Shown: piece after piece, positions 29,313-39,915 of the stretch
How positions within the stretch are numbered: the first letter of the stretch is position 1
Layout: every line of letters begins with the position of its first letter
DNA from: an uncultured Clostridia bacterium
GTDB lineage: Bacteria; Bacillota; Clostridia; Christensenellales; UBA1242
Length of the DNA: 64,000 nt
NCBI GenBank assembly: GCA_944372505.1
Contig: CALVZK010000001.1
Location: forward strand, 213,687 to 277,686
Reading direction: 5' to 3'
Translations under genes and position numbers: made by a program
The notes under the pieces: model-generated
What the model was told of the DNA's origin: nothing
The model's input: the letters and a program-made list of their open reading frames with translations, nothing else
Database searches by the model: none

Positions 29313-31550
29313 ATGGGTTCAAACAAAAAAATTTTTCAATCATTAAAAGATAAAATTTATGAATTTAAAGGTCTTCTTAAAAATAAGAGCATTTACCGTA
29401 AACATGATTTTACAAAAGCAAGTACTATAAAAGAAGATAAAATTATTGATGGTCAAAGAAATGTAGATATGAAAAGAAATCTTGCAGAAAATAACTACTT
29501 AACATTCTTTGATGAGTATTGTAAGACTAAATCTATTAGTGATATTATTGATATGATTACTGGAAAAAATATTTTTAAATTCTTTTCCAATAATGGAGAA
29601 ATAAATGATGTAAAAAGAGCTATTGATTCAAAAAATCGTAAGAGCAGACAAAGCTCCGCTACTCCTTCTAAATTAACAATAGATGATTTAATTGATAATT
29701 TAGGCTCCAAATGCTTCTTGGCTATAGACGAAGAAAGTTTAAATCCAAAAACTCAACAAGCTTATCAGTTATTAGCAAGTGAAACACAAGCAATTTATAG
29801 AATTTTATCCTTTATAAACTCAAATATACAAGGTATTTACAATAAATGTGATCCAAACGCCCCAGAAGATTCTCCTAATAGTTTAAAGAAATTTCAAGAT
29901 CTTCTGAAAATTGTTAAATCATATGCTAAAAATTATTCTTCTTATCATGATTTTTATCTTACCGATATTAATGAATATTTGTTGGCAAACAAAGAGCCTG
30001 ATTCATATAATAAAGAAGACATTCTTTCTCGTGCTTATGAAATTTCTCAAATTAGATGCAATAACTTAGTTAATGAAAATATTAATAGCGATATTGCTTT
30101 AGTTAGAACTAGTCAAGAAATTTTAAAACAAGCAAAAGAAAGTACTGAAAATTTTGTAAGTCTAGTAAGAGATTCTCAAAAACTAAAAAAAGAAAACGTT
30201 AAATTGAATGAATCCCTAAAAGAAGTTGTTTCATGTATAAGTAATAATGAACATATATTACAAACACTACAAGATGTTTACGCAAAACAAGATAAATCTT
30301 GCGAAAAAAATATACAAAATCCTTGGATAGGAACTGGAGCAGATTCAGATGTCTATAAAAAAGGATATCAAAGACAATATCAATTTAAAAATGCTTTAGA
30401 AGAAATTGCTAAAGATTATGTGTACTTTGCTGTAACAAATTCTACTGACTCCAATACTCCTTCTAAATTGACAAATGTTGACGGAACAAGCACTTTTACA
30501 GAAAATGATTGTAAACTTTTTCATGAAAATGGCTCACCTATTGACCCTACTGAAGGCATAAATGGCTTAATTAGCATAATTAAATCTTATCAAAATGATG
30601 ATGAAGTTCAAGATAAACAAAACATTTTAAAAGTTTATTCTTTTGAAAATAAGGAAGGGAAGGTTATAGATAAACTTTTTACTGAAACTCAAATGAAAGT
30701 TATTAGTGAAATTTATAAAAAACTTAAAGATTACTATAATTCTAATGGCTCACTTAAAGAATTTGCTTATAAATCTGCTACTCACTCAATCCCTGAAAAA
30801 ACATTAGACAATTTACAAGCAAGTTTTGAAGAAGATTTCAAAAATAATACTAATTTAGAAAATTTAAATTTAGAACAAATTGAACTATTACATGATTTTA
30901 TTAGAGAAAATGAACCTGTTAAAGGTTTGTTTACAAAAGATGAGATTGTTAAATATGAAATAGATTCAAGATTAATTTATCATATGTACACTGATGCAGC
31001 TTCCCAAGAGTTATTAACGTTTATGAACTTAAAAGTTTTAGAAAATAGTATCGTTTTTGCAAATCATATACAAAATGATAATCGCAATTTAGAACAAAAT
31101 CTTAACATTCAAATTCAAGCTAATAATATTACAGCTGAAAATGTTTTAATAGAAGCTGTTACTATAAGGGAAAATCTTTCTGATTTAGTAGTAAATGAAA
31201 CAGCATTTTCTCAAGATGTTGCTAAATCACAACAAGATACAAAAAATCTTATTTCAAGTATAACAGAAGAAATGTCATCTGTTTCCGATTACGCTTCTTT
31301 GGAAACAGAAAGTGATTTCACTATGGAATCCAGTAATCAAATTACAACCCAAGAAACACAGAATAACGAAAGACTATCAGCACTCAATTCAGATGCAAAA
31401 ACTCTAGCAGAAAATTCAAATAAATCTTCTATAGTTGATCTTTATAAAAAATATCTTTCTCAAAAGCAAAAAGATTCTTTTGCAACATATATTAAAACAT
31501 TAGATCAAGAAACACTTGATTATTTAGATGCTCAAATAAATATGTATTAA
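29313..31550 (+). CDS. large hypothetical protein (745 aa), no signal peptide or TM
   Basis: AAAGGAGAAA SD. Uninterrupted ORF with a strong terminator after the stop. No recognised motif. Confidence 0.7.
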   Translation: MGSNKKIFQSLKDKIYEFKGLLKNKSIYRKHDFTKASTIKEDKIIDGQRNVDMKRNLAENNYLTFFDEYCKTKSISDIIDMITGKNIFKFFSNNGEINDVKRAIDSKNRKSRQSSATPSKLTIDDLIDNLGSKCFLAIDEESLNPKTQQAYQLLASETQAIYRILSFINSNIQGIYNKCDPNAPEDSPNSLKKFQDLLKIVKSYAKNYSSYHDFYLTDINEYLLANKEPDSYNKEDILSRAYEISQIRCNNLVNENINSDIALVRTSQEILKQAKESTENFVSLVRDSQKLKKENVKLNESLKEVVSCISNNEHILQTLQDVYAKQDKSCEKNIQNPWIGTGADSDVYKKGYQRQYQFKNALEEIAKDYVYFAVTNSTDSNTPSKLTNVDGTSTFTENDCKLFHENGSPIDPTEGINGLISIIKSYQNDDEVQDKQNILKVYSFENKEGKVIDKLFTETQMKVISEIYKKLKDYYNSNGSLKEFAYKSATHSIPEKTLDNLQASFEEDFKNNTNLENLNLEQIELLHDFIRENEPVKGLFTKDEIVKYEIDSRLIYHMYTDAASQELLTFMNLKVLENSIVFANHIQNDNRNLEQNLNIQIQANNITAENVLIEAVTIRENLSDLVVNETAFSQDVAKSQQDTKNLISSITEEMSSVSDYASLETESDFTMESSNQITTQETQNNERLSALNSDAKTLAENSNKSSIVDLYKKYLSQKQKDSFATYIKTLDQETLDYLDAQINMY

Positions 31551-31553
31551 AAA

Positions 31554-31579
31554 ACATAGGCGATGCCTATGTTTTTTTT
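31554..31579 (+). terminator. rho-independent terminator
   Basis: ACATAGGC-gat-GCCTATGT followed by T8. Confidence 0.85.
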
Positions 31580-31689
31580 CTGCTTGCTTGACAATAAATT
31601 TTGTTAGTGTTAATATAGTTGTATAAATTAATTTAATAGTTTAAACTAAAAAATTATTTTGTTAAAAAATATTAAAATTGAGGTGCATT

Positions 31690-34600
31690 ATGAATTATCC
31701 TTTTACCATTTCAAATAAAGTAGAAATTTTTGAAAATGGAGAAAAAAATTCTATAAAACAATCTATTACTATGCTGGACAATTCAGATGAGAAAAGCAAT
31801 ATTTTATTTGACTTTAAGGAAACTAAAACTAAAGATGGAACTTCATCTTCTAAATCAATTGCTCAAATAATTAATAAAGATGGTAAGACTCATTTAAAAC
31901 TCTCTCTAGCTGATAAATTGGAAAGTTTACCAGAAAATTTATCTGAAATATTATCAAATGAAGAAGGACTTGAAATTAATTGTCCCCCTCCTGCCATACG
32001 TTTAGAAAATAAAGGTTCTGAACTTGTTGTTTCTGTTTCTTCAAAAGATAAAAAACCTTATACCATTACTATTAGCACGTCGTCTATAAAAATACAAACA
32101 CAAGATGAAAGTGGAAAAAATCAAGATTTTAACATAAATCTTGATCCTAAAGAAAGCCATATTGATATTGACATACAAAGAAAAGTAGTTGAAGATTTGA
32201 TTGTTGGAGAGAATCCTCTTTACCATGATTATAAAATTCAAGGTAATACTACAAAAAATTCTATCCCTCAATCTTTATTATATCTCTATCTTCATGGTAT
32301 GGAAGATAATTCTAGTTTAGATTTAGGAAAATATAATATTACTAAATGTAGCTTCAATGATAAAGATGATCCTTTCTTTTTTATAAGAAGAGAAAACGAC
32401 ACTCTTTTATATACAAACGGAACTTTAAGAAAATGCGACAGATTCTTCTTTCAACATGATGTCGACAAGACAAGAACCCCTGCCCTTGTTATTGAAGGAG
32501 GAATAGGAAAAAATAGACCTTACTACAAAATTCCTATAAGTGATGATGAAAAATTTAATACCGCATTTGAATTAATGTTTCAAAAAGCACAACTAGATTA
32601 TGAAGATAAAAGAATTCAAAAAATTAATCCTCAAAATGGACCTCAAAAAATTTCAAATAGTACGATAATTGATCTTGTTGGCGAAAATATTTATTCTTTT
32701 AATGAAGATTTAAGGGAATATTCTATTCACAACTTCACATATAGACCAAAAACTTACACTACAGGTCTCAAAACTGAATTATCTTCTTCCGATGAATTAA
32801 TACCTGAAACAGAAACTCCTGAAGATGAAAAACCTGAAACAGAAACTCCTGAAGATGAAAAACCTGAAGATAATGACGATTCTGAAGGCGAAGCAGGAGT
32901 TATTGCACACAATGAAAATCCTCCAGATAATACAAACGATTTTGTTCCAGCTGAAATAATAGATGATAATCAAAACAACGATAACAACGACAATAATCAA
33001 CAAGATCCAAATAAAAAAACTCCTAAAAAATCTGCTAAAGAAAAAAATAGTTCCCCTATTCCACACAAAGAAATTGATAAAGAAAATGTTAAAAATGTTG
33101 CCGAATCAGTTTCATCTTCTATCATGGGTGTAGGAATTTGGTTGGGAATTTGTTGCATGATCCCAGGGGTCAATGTCATAGCTGCTATAATAGCTCTTGC
33201 ATTAGTTGTTTCTGGAGCTTTATTAAACACTTATGCAGATAAAATAGCAGATTTTAAGTTTAGATCAGCAGAAAAAAAAGTAAAAGAATACGAAGATGAA
33301 GCTAAGGACAATGCTAATTTTAAAGAAAATTTTATAGAAAATGAACATGAATTAGAAAAATTACATCAAATTTCAAATGAAAAAATCTCAAATCTTGAAA
33401 ATATGATGTCCCCTCCTGAAAACGGAGGTAACTTCGTGGCAAATACTTTTGCTCAAAATTATAATCAAAATGGTATAGGCTTTATCCACAAAGAAGATCA
33501 GCCTGAAAATTATGGCATAAAATCTTTAACTTCTATGGATTCTCTAAGTTTTAGACAATCTATTGTTGAAGATCTTAGTGCTATTAGAAATGAAACTAAT
33601 TCCGACGTTAGAAATGATTTGATTTCGAATTTTACACAAACTTATTTTACTTCTTTAGAACCTAAACAGTCTCAAAAACTTGCTGAAATGTTTTTACCAG
33701 AACATGACGAAGAACTTTCTCAATTTATAAAGGCTTTAAGTGAAACTAACAAAGCCCAGCAAGAAGAAGGTAAATTGTACGATTCACAAAAGAAAGAAAT
33801 CGAAAAATCTAATGAAAAACGTTTAAAATATCTTTTCTCTCATTCAGACCTTTCTAGAGAAGAAAGAGAACATTTCATAGATAGATATGGTTTTTCAATT
33901 TTAAAAAGTTATACAATTAACGATAATATCTCCACAGAAAAAATTGAGGCTTTAATAGACTCCTTACCTGCTGAACAAAGAGAATTTGCAGCCGCTAAAT
34001 TTTATGAAATTGCAAATGCTTCTAGGGAAAAAGTCAAAGATATTGCTACAATTGCTAAAGAAGAACATGAAAAAACTATCAAATTAGATAATTTAATACA
34101 TTTTAAAGAATCTATGCTTAAAACTTCAGATGAAAATTATTTTGCTTTCTTTTCACAATGTAAAGAAAATACCGCTGATTTTTTATTAAAATATACACAC
34201 TTAGCTTATTCTAAATCTACAGATAAATTAAAAAATAAGTTTTCGTTTTATAACAAAGACAAAACAACTCTTCTTCCTCCTAGAACAAATCCCCTTGAAG
34301 TTGTAGTTTTCCAAAAAATGAAAACTTTTATAGAAAAATCTACTGAAAGAAGTGAACTAACCGAAGAACTTATTAGTTCTCAACAACTTAAAAATGAATT
34401 TATTAAAAAATACTATGCTGAAGATATCGCAAAATTATATTTAGAAAACAAAACTAGTGACTTCTACACAGACGGAATTGCTCCTAACCCGGCAACATTT
34501 ACTTTTGCCTCAAAAGCATATTCTCAAGAAGAAATTGCAACTAAATTTGCTAAACAAGATTTAATAGACTTTATTTCCAAAAATTTCAATTTTGATAAAG

Positions 34601-36942
34601 AAAATAAAGATAAAATAATGAGAAAACTTTCAAAATCCTCTCTTACAGAACTTGTTTCAATGATAGAGTTAAATGAGGATGAAGTCGAAAATAGAAAATC
34701 TCTCACGATTACCATAGGTGACAAAAAAACTAAAGTTGAAAGATTCCCTTCAAAAGATGTCTCAAAAGAACATATTGACGCTTTTGATAGAGCAGAAAAT
34801 GCTTTCGCTTTTGGAAGCTGTTGTAAAGATTACGATAGTGTATATAATGAAAATATTGCTAGAGTTTTTGCTGATCTTTCAACATTAAATGGTACTGCTA
34901 ATCCAATAATAAAAGTAGAAGAATCAGGCAAAGGAAAAATTTCTTTTAACTATGAAATAACTAATGAAATTGGAGAAAAAAATAATGTTGCAATTCCCCT
35001 ATCATCATATATTTTAAAATATCCACAACTGAAAACTTTTCCTTTAGAAACACAAAAAAATATTATTGTCACTATGCTTTCCGCTGAATACAAATTATCG
35101 ACATTTAAACGTAAATCTATTGAAGAAAAAGATCCATTGAAAATTAGCCCGCTTCGAGAAGAGGAAAATCGTATTATAAATACTTATCAAATGGCATTAA
35201 CATTAAGTAAATCTATATTAAATGGTCAATATAGAGATGCAGTGTATCAGACAACTTTCGAACTTGGATTAGATGGCGCTTTAAGCGATGTTTCATATAA
35301 AGATGTCAAACTTGCAGCCAAAAACACAAATCAAGCATTAAATGGATTTATACATGTAGGACAAACGTTTGACTTGTTTGGTGAAGAAAATGCTAGAAAC
35401 CTACTTGAAATTTTTAACAATTTACATGAAGCTTCCCCGGAACGAGATGCCTCTGCTCTTGTTAGAGATTCTCTAGAAAAAATTATTGGGAAATATGAAC
35501 TTCCAAATGGCGAAAAATATTTAGATATCTTCAACCGACATTTCACAGATGCAACTTTTACAAAATCTGATAATAAAGATTTTGAAAAATTTATAGAAGC
35601 ACAAAGAAATACTATTGATAAACAAACACAGTTAATTTTAGATTATTACATTTCTTCTTTAGGAAAACAATTTGTTAAAAGAGAAATGAGACATCAAAGA
35701 AATGGTATTATTGACAAAACAGTCCCAACTTATGATAATTATCTAGAATTATTTTCTGAATTCGGACTTGACAAATCTGAAATAGCAAAAGTTTTAGCAG
35801 AAGCAGATGATTTTGAAAAAGGAATTGAAGAACTTATAAAAAGAGCTGGAATTTCAGATAAAGAACTTGAAAAGTTTAAAATTAAAAAAGATAAAATTAA
35901 AATTGGTCAATTTGATAAATCTACAAAAGAATTATATGGACTTTATAGAAAACAATATGATATCGATAAGGCATATTCTGAATATGACACCATTATGGAC
36001 ACACTGCTTAATGGCTCACCAGATAAAGATACTCTTGTTTCTTTGGTAGAAAGACTAGGTAATATAGATTCTAAACTTTTAAAAACATTAGGCATCAATT
36101 TAAAAGATGTGACTAAATTAATACCTAACGAAAATTTAACTAAAGAAGATTTAGAAAAACTTTCTGCCCTACATGAAAAAAATCATAAACTTTATATTAG
36201 AGGATCAACAAAATTAAAACAAGATATCATAAAAAATAACGAAATTGCACATGGCGAAACTAATTTAGATAAAAAATCTATAGAAGCTGATACAGAATAT
36301 CGTACATTCAAAGCTAGATCTTCAAAATTTAAACATGATTTTGGTATAATTTGTGATTTTATTTCTAAAAATCCTAAAAATAGCGAAATTAACAAAATTT
36401 TAGAAGCTTTCGTAAATGGAGATAATGAATTCTTTGAATTGAGAGACAAAATTGGTTTAAAGGATTTAGACGACATTAGTATTGCAGTTTTTGAAGCAGC
36501 AGGAATTGATTTAAAAAAGATATCTTCTTTAGCTAAAATAAAAAACAAATCAAAATTAATTAAAAAATTACAAATTTTAAACGATAAAATGCAAAGAAAA
36601 TTAGAACAAGAAGAAAAACGTAAGGAAAAAGAAGCTAAAGAAATTAAAACAAAAGCTAAAAAGGAAAAAGATGATAAAGCTAAAACAAATATTGGAATCA
36701 AAAATCATTCTTCTTTTGGAAATGCTTTATTAAAATTAGGTAAACTTTTCCAAAGAAAAGCAATCAAAGAAAGCGAAATACGTATTGAAAGAGAAGAGGC
36801 AAGAAAAGAAATTGATAGAGCTAAAATCCGAGAAAAAGAACATAGTGAAGAACATACTGAAGAACATGCTGAAGAACACGACGAGACTCACACTGAAGAA
36901 CCAAAAGAAGATGCTGAAGACGGCACAGAAGCTGGAAGTTAA
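31690..36942 (+). CDS. giant hypothetical protein (1750 aa) with central hydrophobic hairpin and K/E-rich helical C-terminal two-thirds
   Basis: GAGGTG SD then ATG 31690. Acidic PETETPEDEK repeats, a hydrophobic stretch GVGIWLGICCMIPGVNVIAAIIALALVVSGALL, and a C-terminal (EEHx)n His/Glu tail. Confidence 0.75.
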   Translation: MNYPFTISNKVEIFENGEKNSIKQSITMLDNSDEKSNILFDFKETKTKDGTSSSKSIAQIINKDGKTHLKLSLADKLESLPENLSEILSNEEGLEINCPPPAIRLENKGSELVVSVSSKDKKPYTITISTSSIKIQTQDESGKNQDFNINLDPKESHIDIDIQRKVVEDLIVGENPLYHDYKIQGNTTKNSIPQSLLYLYLHGMEDNSSLDLGKYNITKCSFNDKDDPFFFIRRENDTLLYTNGTLRKCDRFFFQHDVDKTRTPALVIEGGIGKNRPYYKIPISDDEKFNTAFELMFQKAQLDYEDKRIQKINPQNGPQKISNSTIIDLVGENIYSFNEDLREYSIHNFTYRPKTYTTGLKTELSSSDELIPETETPEDEKPETETPEDEKPEDNDDSEGEAGVIAHNENPPDNTNDFVPAEIIDDNQNNDNNDNNQQDPNKKTPKKSAKEKNSSPIPHKEIDKENVKNVAESVSSSIMGVGIWLGICCMIPGVNVIAAIIALALVVSGALLNTYADKIADFKFRSAEKKVKEYEDEAKDNANFKENFIENEHELEKLHQISNEKISNLENMMSPPENGGNFVANTFAQNYNQNGIGFIHKEDQPENYGIKSLTSMDSLSFRQSIVEDLSAIRNETNSDVRNDLISNFTQTYFTSLEPKQSQKLAEMFLPEHDEELSQFIKALSETNKAQQEEGKLYDSQKKEIEKSNEKRLKYLFSHSDLSREEREHFIDRYGFSILKSYTINDNISTEKIEALIDSLPAEQREFAAAKFYEIANASREKVKDIATIAKEEHEKTIKLDNLIHFKESMLKTSDENYFAFFSQCKENTADFLLKYTHLAYSKSTDKLKNKFSFYNKDKTTLLPPRTNPLEVVVFQKMKTFIEKSTERSELTEELISSQQLKNEFIKKYYAEDIAKLYLENKTSDFYTDGIAPNPATFTFASKAYSQEEIATKFAKQDLIDFISKNFNFDKENKDKIMRKLSKSSLTELVSMIELNEDEVENRKSLTITIGDKKTKVERFPSKDVSKEHIDAFDRAENAFAFGSCCKDYDSVYNENIARVFADLSTLNGTANPIIKVEESGKGKISFNYEITNEIGEKNNVAIPLSSYILKYPQLKTFPLETQKNIIVTMLSAEYKLSTFKRKSIEEKDPLKISPLREEENRIINTYQMALTLSKSILNGQYRDAVYQTTFELGLDGALSDVSYKDVKLAAKNTNQALNGFIHVGQTFDLFGEENARNLLEIFNNLHEASPERDASALVRDSLEKIIGKYELPNGEKYLDIFNRHFTDATFTKSDNKDFEKFIEAQRNTIDKQTQLILDYYISSLGKQFVKREMRHQRNGIIDKTVPTYDNYLELFSEFGLDKSEIAKVLAEADDFEKGIEELIKRAGISDKELEKFKIKKDKIKIGQFDKSTKELYGLYRKQYDIDKAYSEYDTIMDTLLNGSPDKDTLVSLVERLGNIDSKLLKTLGINLKDVTKLIPNENLTKEDLEKLSALHEKNHKLYIRGSTKLKQDIIKNNEIAHGETNLDKKSIEADTEYRTFKARSSKFKHDFGIICDFISKNPKNSEINKILEAFVNGDNEFFELRDKIGLKDLDDISIAVFEAAGIDLKKISSLAKIKNKSKLIKKLQILNDKMQRKLEQEEKRKEKEAKEIKTKAKKEKDDKAKTNIGIKNHSSFGNALLKLGKLFQRKAIKESEIRIEREEARKEIDRAKIREKEHSEEHTEEHAEEHDETHTEEPKEDAEDGTEAGS
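32803..32862 (+). repeat. perfect 2 x 30-bp tandem repeat (encodes PETETPEDEK twice)
   Basis: cctgaaacagaaactcctgaagatgaaaaa occurs twice in tandem, followed by a partial third copy. Confidence 0.9.
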
Positions 36943-37050
36943 ATTTATTATTTAAATTGCCGATTAGTATAACAACGTTGGCATTAAATAAATATAAAAT
37001 TTTTTAGCGCGCATACCAAATAGCGCGCTTCTTATTAAAAGGATAAACAT

Positions 37051-38145
37051 ATGAAAATTGGAGTTGTTGGGTTACCTAATGTTGGTAAAAGCACTTTATT
37101 CAACGCTATAACTAATGCTGGTGCAGAAAGCGCTAACTACCCTTTTTGTACTATAGAACCAAATATTGGCATTGTTGATGTTCCAGATGAACGTCTCTTA
37201 ACTTTAGCTAAACTTTATAACACTCAAAAAATCACTCCCGCTAGTATAGAATTTGTTGATATTGCCGGATTAGTCGCTGGAGCAAGCAAAGGCGAAGGAC
37301 TTGGTAATAAATTCTTAAGTCACATAAGAGAAGTAGATGCAATTATTCATGTTGTTCGATGTTTTAACAATGAAAAAATTATTCATGTTAACGGTAGCAT
37401 AGACCCGCTTAGAGATATAGATGTCATTAATCTTGAACTTGCACTTGCTGATCTTGAACAAGTTGATAAACTTTATGAAAAAAATTCTAAATTAGTTAAA
37501 ACCGGTGATAAGTCTTTGATTACTACAGTTAATTTACTGGCTAAAATTAAAAATGCTCTGGAAAATAATTTACCTGCTCGAAGTGTTTCTCCTCTTGATG
37601 AAGACGAGATTAAAATATTAAAAAATCTACAACTTTTAACTGCTAAACCTGTAATTTATGTTGCTAACATAAGTGAAAGTGATATTGGAAAAGATGAAAA
37701 CAATTATGTTAAACAAGTAAAAGAATTCGCAAATAAAGAAAATGCTAAAGTTATAGTACTATGTGCTAAAATCGAAGAAGAACTTGCAAGTTTAGATAAA
37801 GAAGAACAAGAAATATTTAAAAAAGAACTTGGAATAAACGAAAGTGGACTTGAACAGTTAGTTTCTATTAGCTATGATATTTTAGGTCTAATGTCTTTCC
37901 TTACAGCTGGAGAAAAAGAAGTTCGCGCTTGGACTATTAAAAAAGGCACAAAAGCCCCTGCAGCTGCCGGAAAAATCCATACTGATTTTGAAAAAGGATT
38001 TATAAAAGCTGAAATTGTTTCTTACAACGATTTAATTGAAGCAGGTTCATTTTTAAAAGCTAAAGAAAAAGGAAAAGTTCGGATAGAAGGAAAAGACTAT
38101 GTAATACAAGATGGAGATGTAGTATTATTTAGATTTAATGTGTAA
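37051..38145 (+). CDS. ychF: ribosome-binding ATPase YchF
   Basis: MKIGVVGLPNVGKSTLFNAIT, with a TGS-like C-terminus. Confidence 0.95.
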   Translation: MKIGVVGLPNVGKSTLFNAITNAGAESANYPFCTIEPNIGIVDVPDERLLTLAKLYNTQKITPASIEFVDIAGLVAGASKGEGLGNKFLSHIREVDAIIHVVRCFNNEKIIHVNGSIDPLRDIDVINLELALADLEQVDKLYEKNSKLVKTGDKSLITTVNLLAKIKNALENNLPARSVSPLDEDEIKILKNLQLLTAKPVIYVANISESDIGKDENNYVKQVKEFANKENAKVIVLCAKIEEELASLDKEEQEIFKKELGINESGLEQLVSISYDILGLMSFLTAGEKEVRAWTIKKGTKAPAAAGKIHTDFEKGFIKAEIVSYNDLIEAGSFLKAKEKGKVRIEGKDYVIQDGDVVLFRFNV

Positions 38146-38179
38146 AATTATCTTATAAAAAATAAACAATGGGTTAATT

Positions 38180-38575
38180 ATGTTAGTAGACGAAAACAAA
38201 CAACTTTTAAATAATCTTTTAAAAACAAATCTTTTACCTCTTGCTTTTATTGGTGATGCTGTTCATACCATTTGTGCAAGAGAATTTTGTTTGGAAAAAT
38301 TTAACGATAAAATGAATAATTATCACCTCAAGGCATCTTTTTATTGTAAAGCATCTTCACAAGCTAAAACTTTAAATAAAATATACACTCTTTTAAATGA
38401 TGAAGAAAAAGAAATTGTCAGAAGAGGAAGAAATGCTAAGCCTAAACATCAAGCTAAAAATGCCACAACAGAAGATTATTCTTTTGCAACTGCATTTGAA
38501 GTTTTAATTGGTTATTTATATTTAAATGGAAATCAGCAAAGATTTAATGAAATAATCAAATTATCATTTAATTAA
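38180..38575 (+). CDS. mrnC: mini-ribonuclease III
   Basis: LAFIGDAVHT motif and ~130 aa size. Conserved mrnC-rlmB-sigH context. Confidence 0.8.
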   Translation: MLVDENKQLLNNLLKTNLLPLAFIGDAVHTICAREFCLEKFNDKMNNYHLKASFYCKASSQAKTLNKIYTLLNDEEKEIVRRGRNAKPKHQAKNATTEDYSFATAFEVLIGYLYLNGNQQRFNEIIKLSFN

Positions 38576-38588
38576 AAAAGGAATTTAT

Positions 38589-39323
38589 ATGTTAATCGAA
38601 GGAAAAAACGCTGTAATGCAGGCTTTACTATCTAACATTACAATTAATCGACTTTTGGTCGATAAATCTATTATGGGCAGAAAAGATAATATTTTATCTT
38701 TGGCTTTTGATAAAAAAATCAAAATTGAATATCTCCCTAAAAATATTTTGGATAAAAAATCAAAAACAAAAAAACATCAAGGTTTTATTGCAGAAAGTAT
38801 TGATTTTAAATATTGTGATATTGAAGATATTTTACAAAATGCTAAAACAAAAAAAGAAAAACCCTTTATCGTTTTGTTAGATGGAATTGAAGACCCTCAT
38901 AACTTTGGAGCAATCATTAGAACTTGTGAATGTGCTGGAGTCCATGGTATCGTTATTACTAAAAATCGTTCTGCAGTTGTTAATGAAACCGTTTTTAAAA
39001 CTAGTGCTGGAGCTGTTTCAAATATGTTAATTTCTAAAGTAGTTAATCTTAAAGATACCATAAATTTTTTGAAAGAACAAAATATTCTAATATTTGCAAC
39101 CGATGCTAAAGGCGATAGTATATATACCAAAAATCTGAATGTCCCTATCGCATTGATAATAGGTTCAGAAGGTTTTGGTATCAAACCTACCCTTTTAAAA
39201 TATTGCGATGGAATTATCTCTTTACCATTAAAAGGAAAAGTAAATTCTCTTAACGCCTCTGTTGCATGTGGAATCTCTACATTTGAAATTTTACGACAAC
39301 GTTTGGAGGCAATAAATGAATGA
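38589..39323 (+). CDS. rlmB: 23S rRNA 2'-O-ribose methyltransferase, SpoU/TrmH family (RlmB/YacO-like)
   Basis: DGIEDPHNFGAIIRT, LIIGSEGFG and SLNASVACG SPOUT motifs. Confidence 0.85.
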   Translation: MLIEGKNAVMQALLSNITINRLLVDKSIMGRKDNILSLAFDKKIKIEYLPKNILDKKSKTKKHQGFIAESIDFKYCDIEDILQNAKTKKEKPFIVLLDGIEDPHNFGAIIRTCECAGVHGIVITKNRSAVVNETVFKTSAGAVSNMLISKVVNLKDTINFLKEQNILIFATDAKGDSIYTKNLNVPIALIIGSEGFGIKPTLLKYCDGIISLPLKGKVNSLNASVACGISTFEILRQRLEAINE

Positions 39324-39903
39324 TGAAAATTTAGTAATAAAGGCTCAATCTGGAGACGAATTTAGTGTTAATTTTCTTCTTAAAAAATACAAGTCATTAG
39401 TAAATAAAATTGCAAGAAGCTATTTTTTAACTGATGGTGATATAGAAGACATTTTACAAGAAGGCATGATTGGTCTTTACAAAGCGATAATGCATTTTGA
39501 TGTTGATAAAAACGCTTCGTTCAAAACTTTTGCAACTACATGCATTAAACATCAACTTCAAAGCGCAATTAAAGTAGCAAGCTCTGAAAAAAACAAAATT
39601 CTATCTTCTGCTATATCTTTTAACGACACATCTCAAGATGATGATGATAATGAATTTGAACTTTTAATACCATCTTCACTACCTACACCTGACGATAAAA
39701 TACTTGAAAAAGAAAGGTTACAAGAGATAAGAAAAAAAATTAAAGAAGTTTTAAGTAACTTAGAAATTAAAGTTCTTTCTTTGTATTTAAAAGGTTATAA
39801 TTATAACGAAATTTCAAAAATTTCAAATATTAACAAAAAAAGTATTGATAATGCTTTGACTAGAATAAAAAATAAGTTATCATTTCTTAAGAATAACTTT
39901 TAA
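39316..39903 (+). CDS. sigH: RNA polymerase sigma factor SigH
   Basis: KIARSYFLTDGDIEDILQEGMIGLYKAIMHFD and LEIKVLSLYLKGYNYNEISKISNINKKSIDNALTRIKNKL closely parallel B. subtilis SigH. Confidence 0.85.
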   Translation: MNDENLVIKAQSGDEFSVNFLLKKYKSLVNKIARSYFLTDGDIEDILQEGMIGLYKAIMHFDVDKNASFKTFATTCIKHQLQSAIKVASSEKNKILSSAISFNDTSQDDDDNEFELLIPSSLPTPDDKILEKERLQEIRKKIKEVLSNLEIKVLSLYLKGYNYNEISKISNINKKSIDNALTRIKNKLSFLKNNF

Positions 39904-39915
39904 CTGGAGTTAAGT

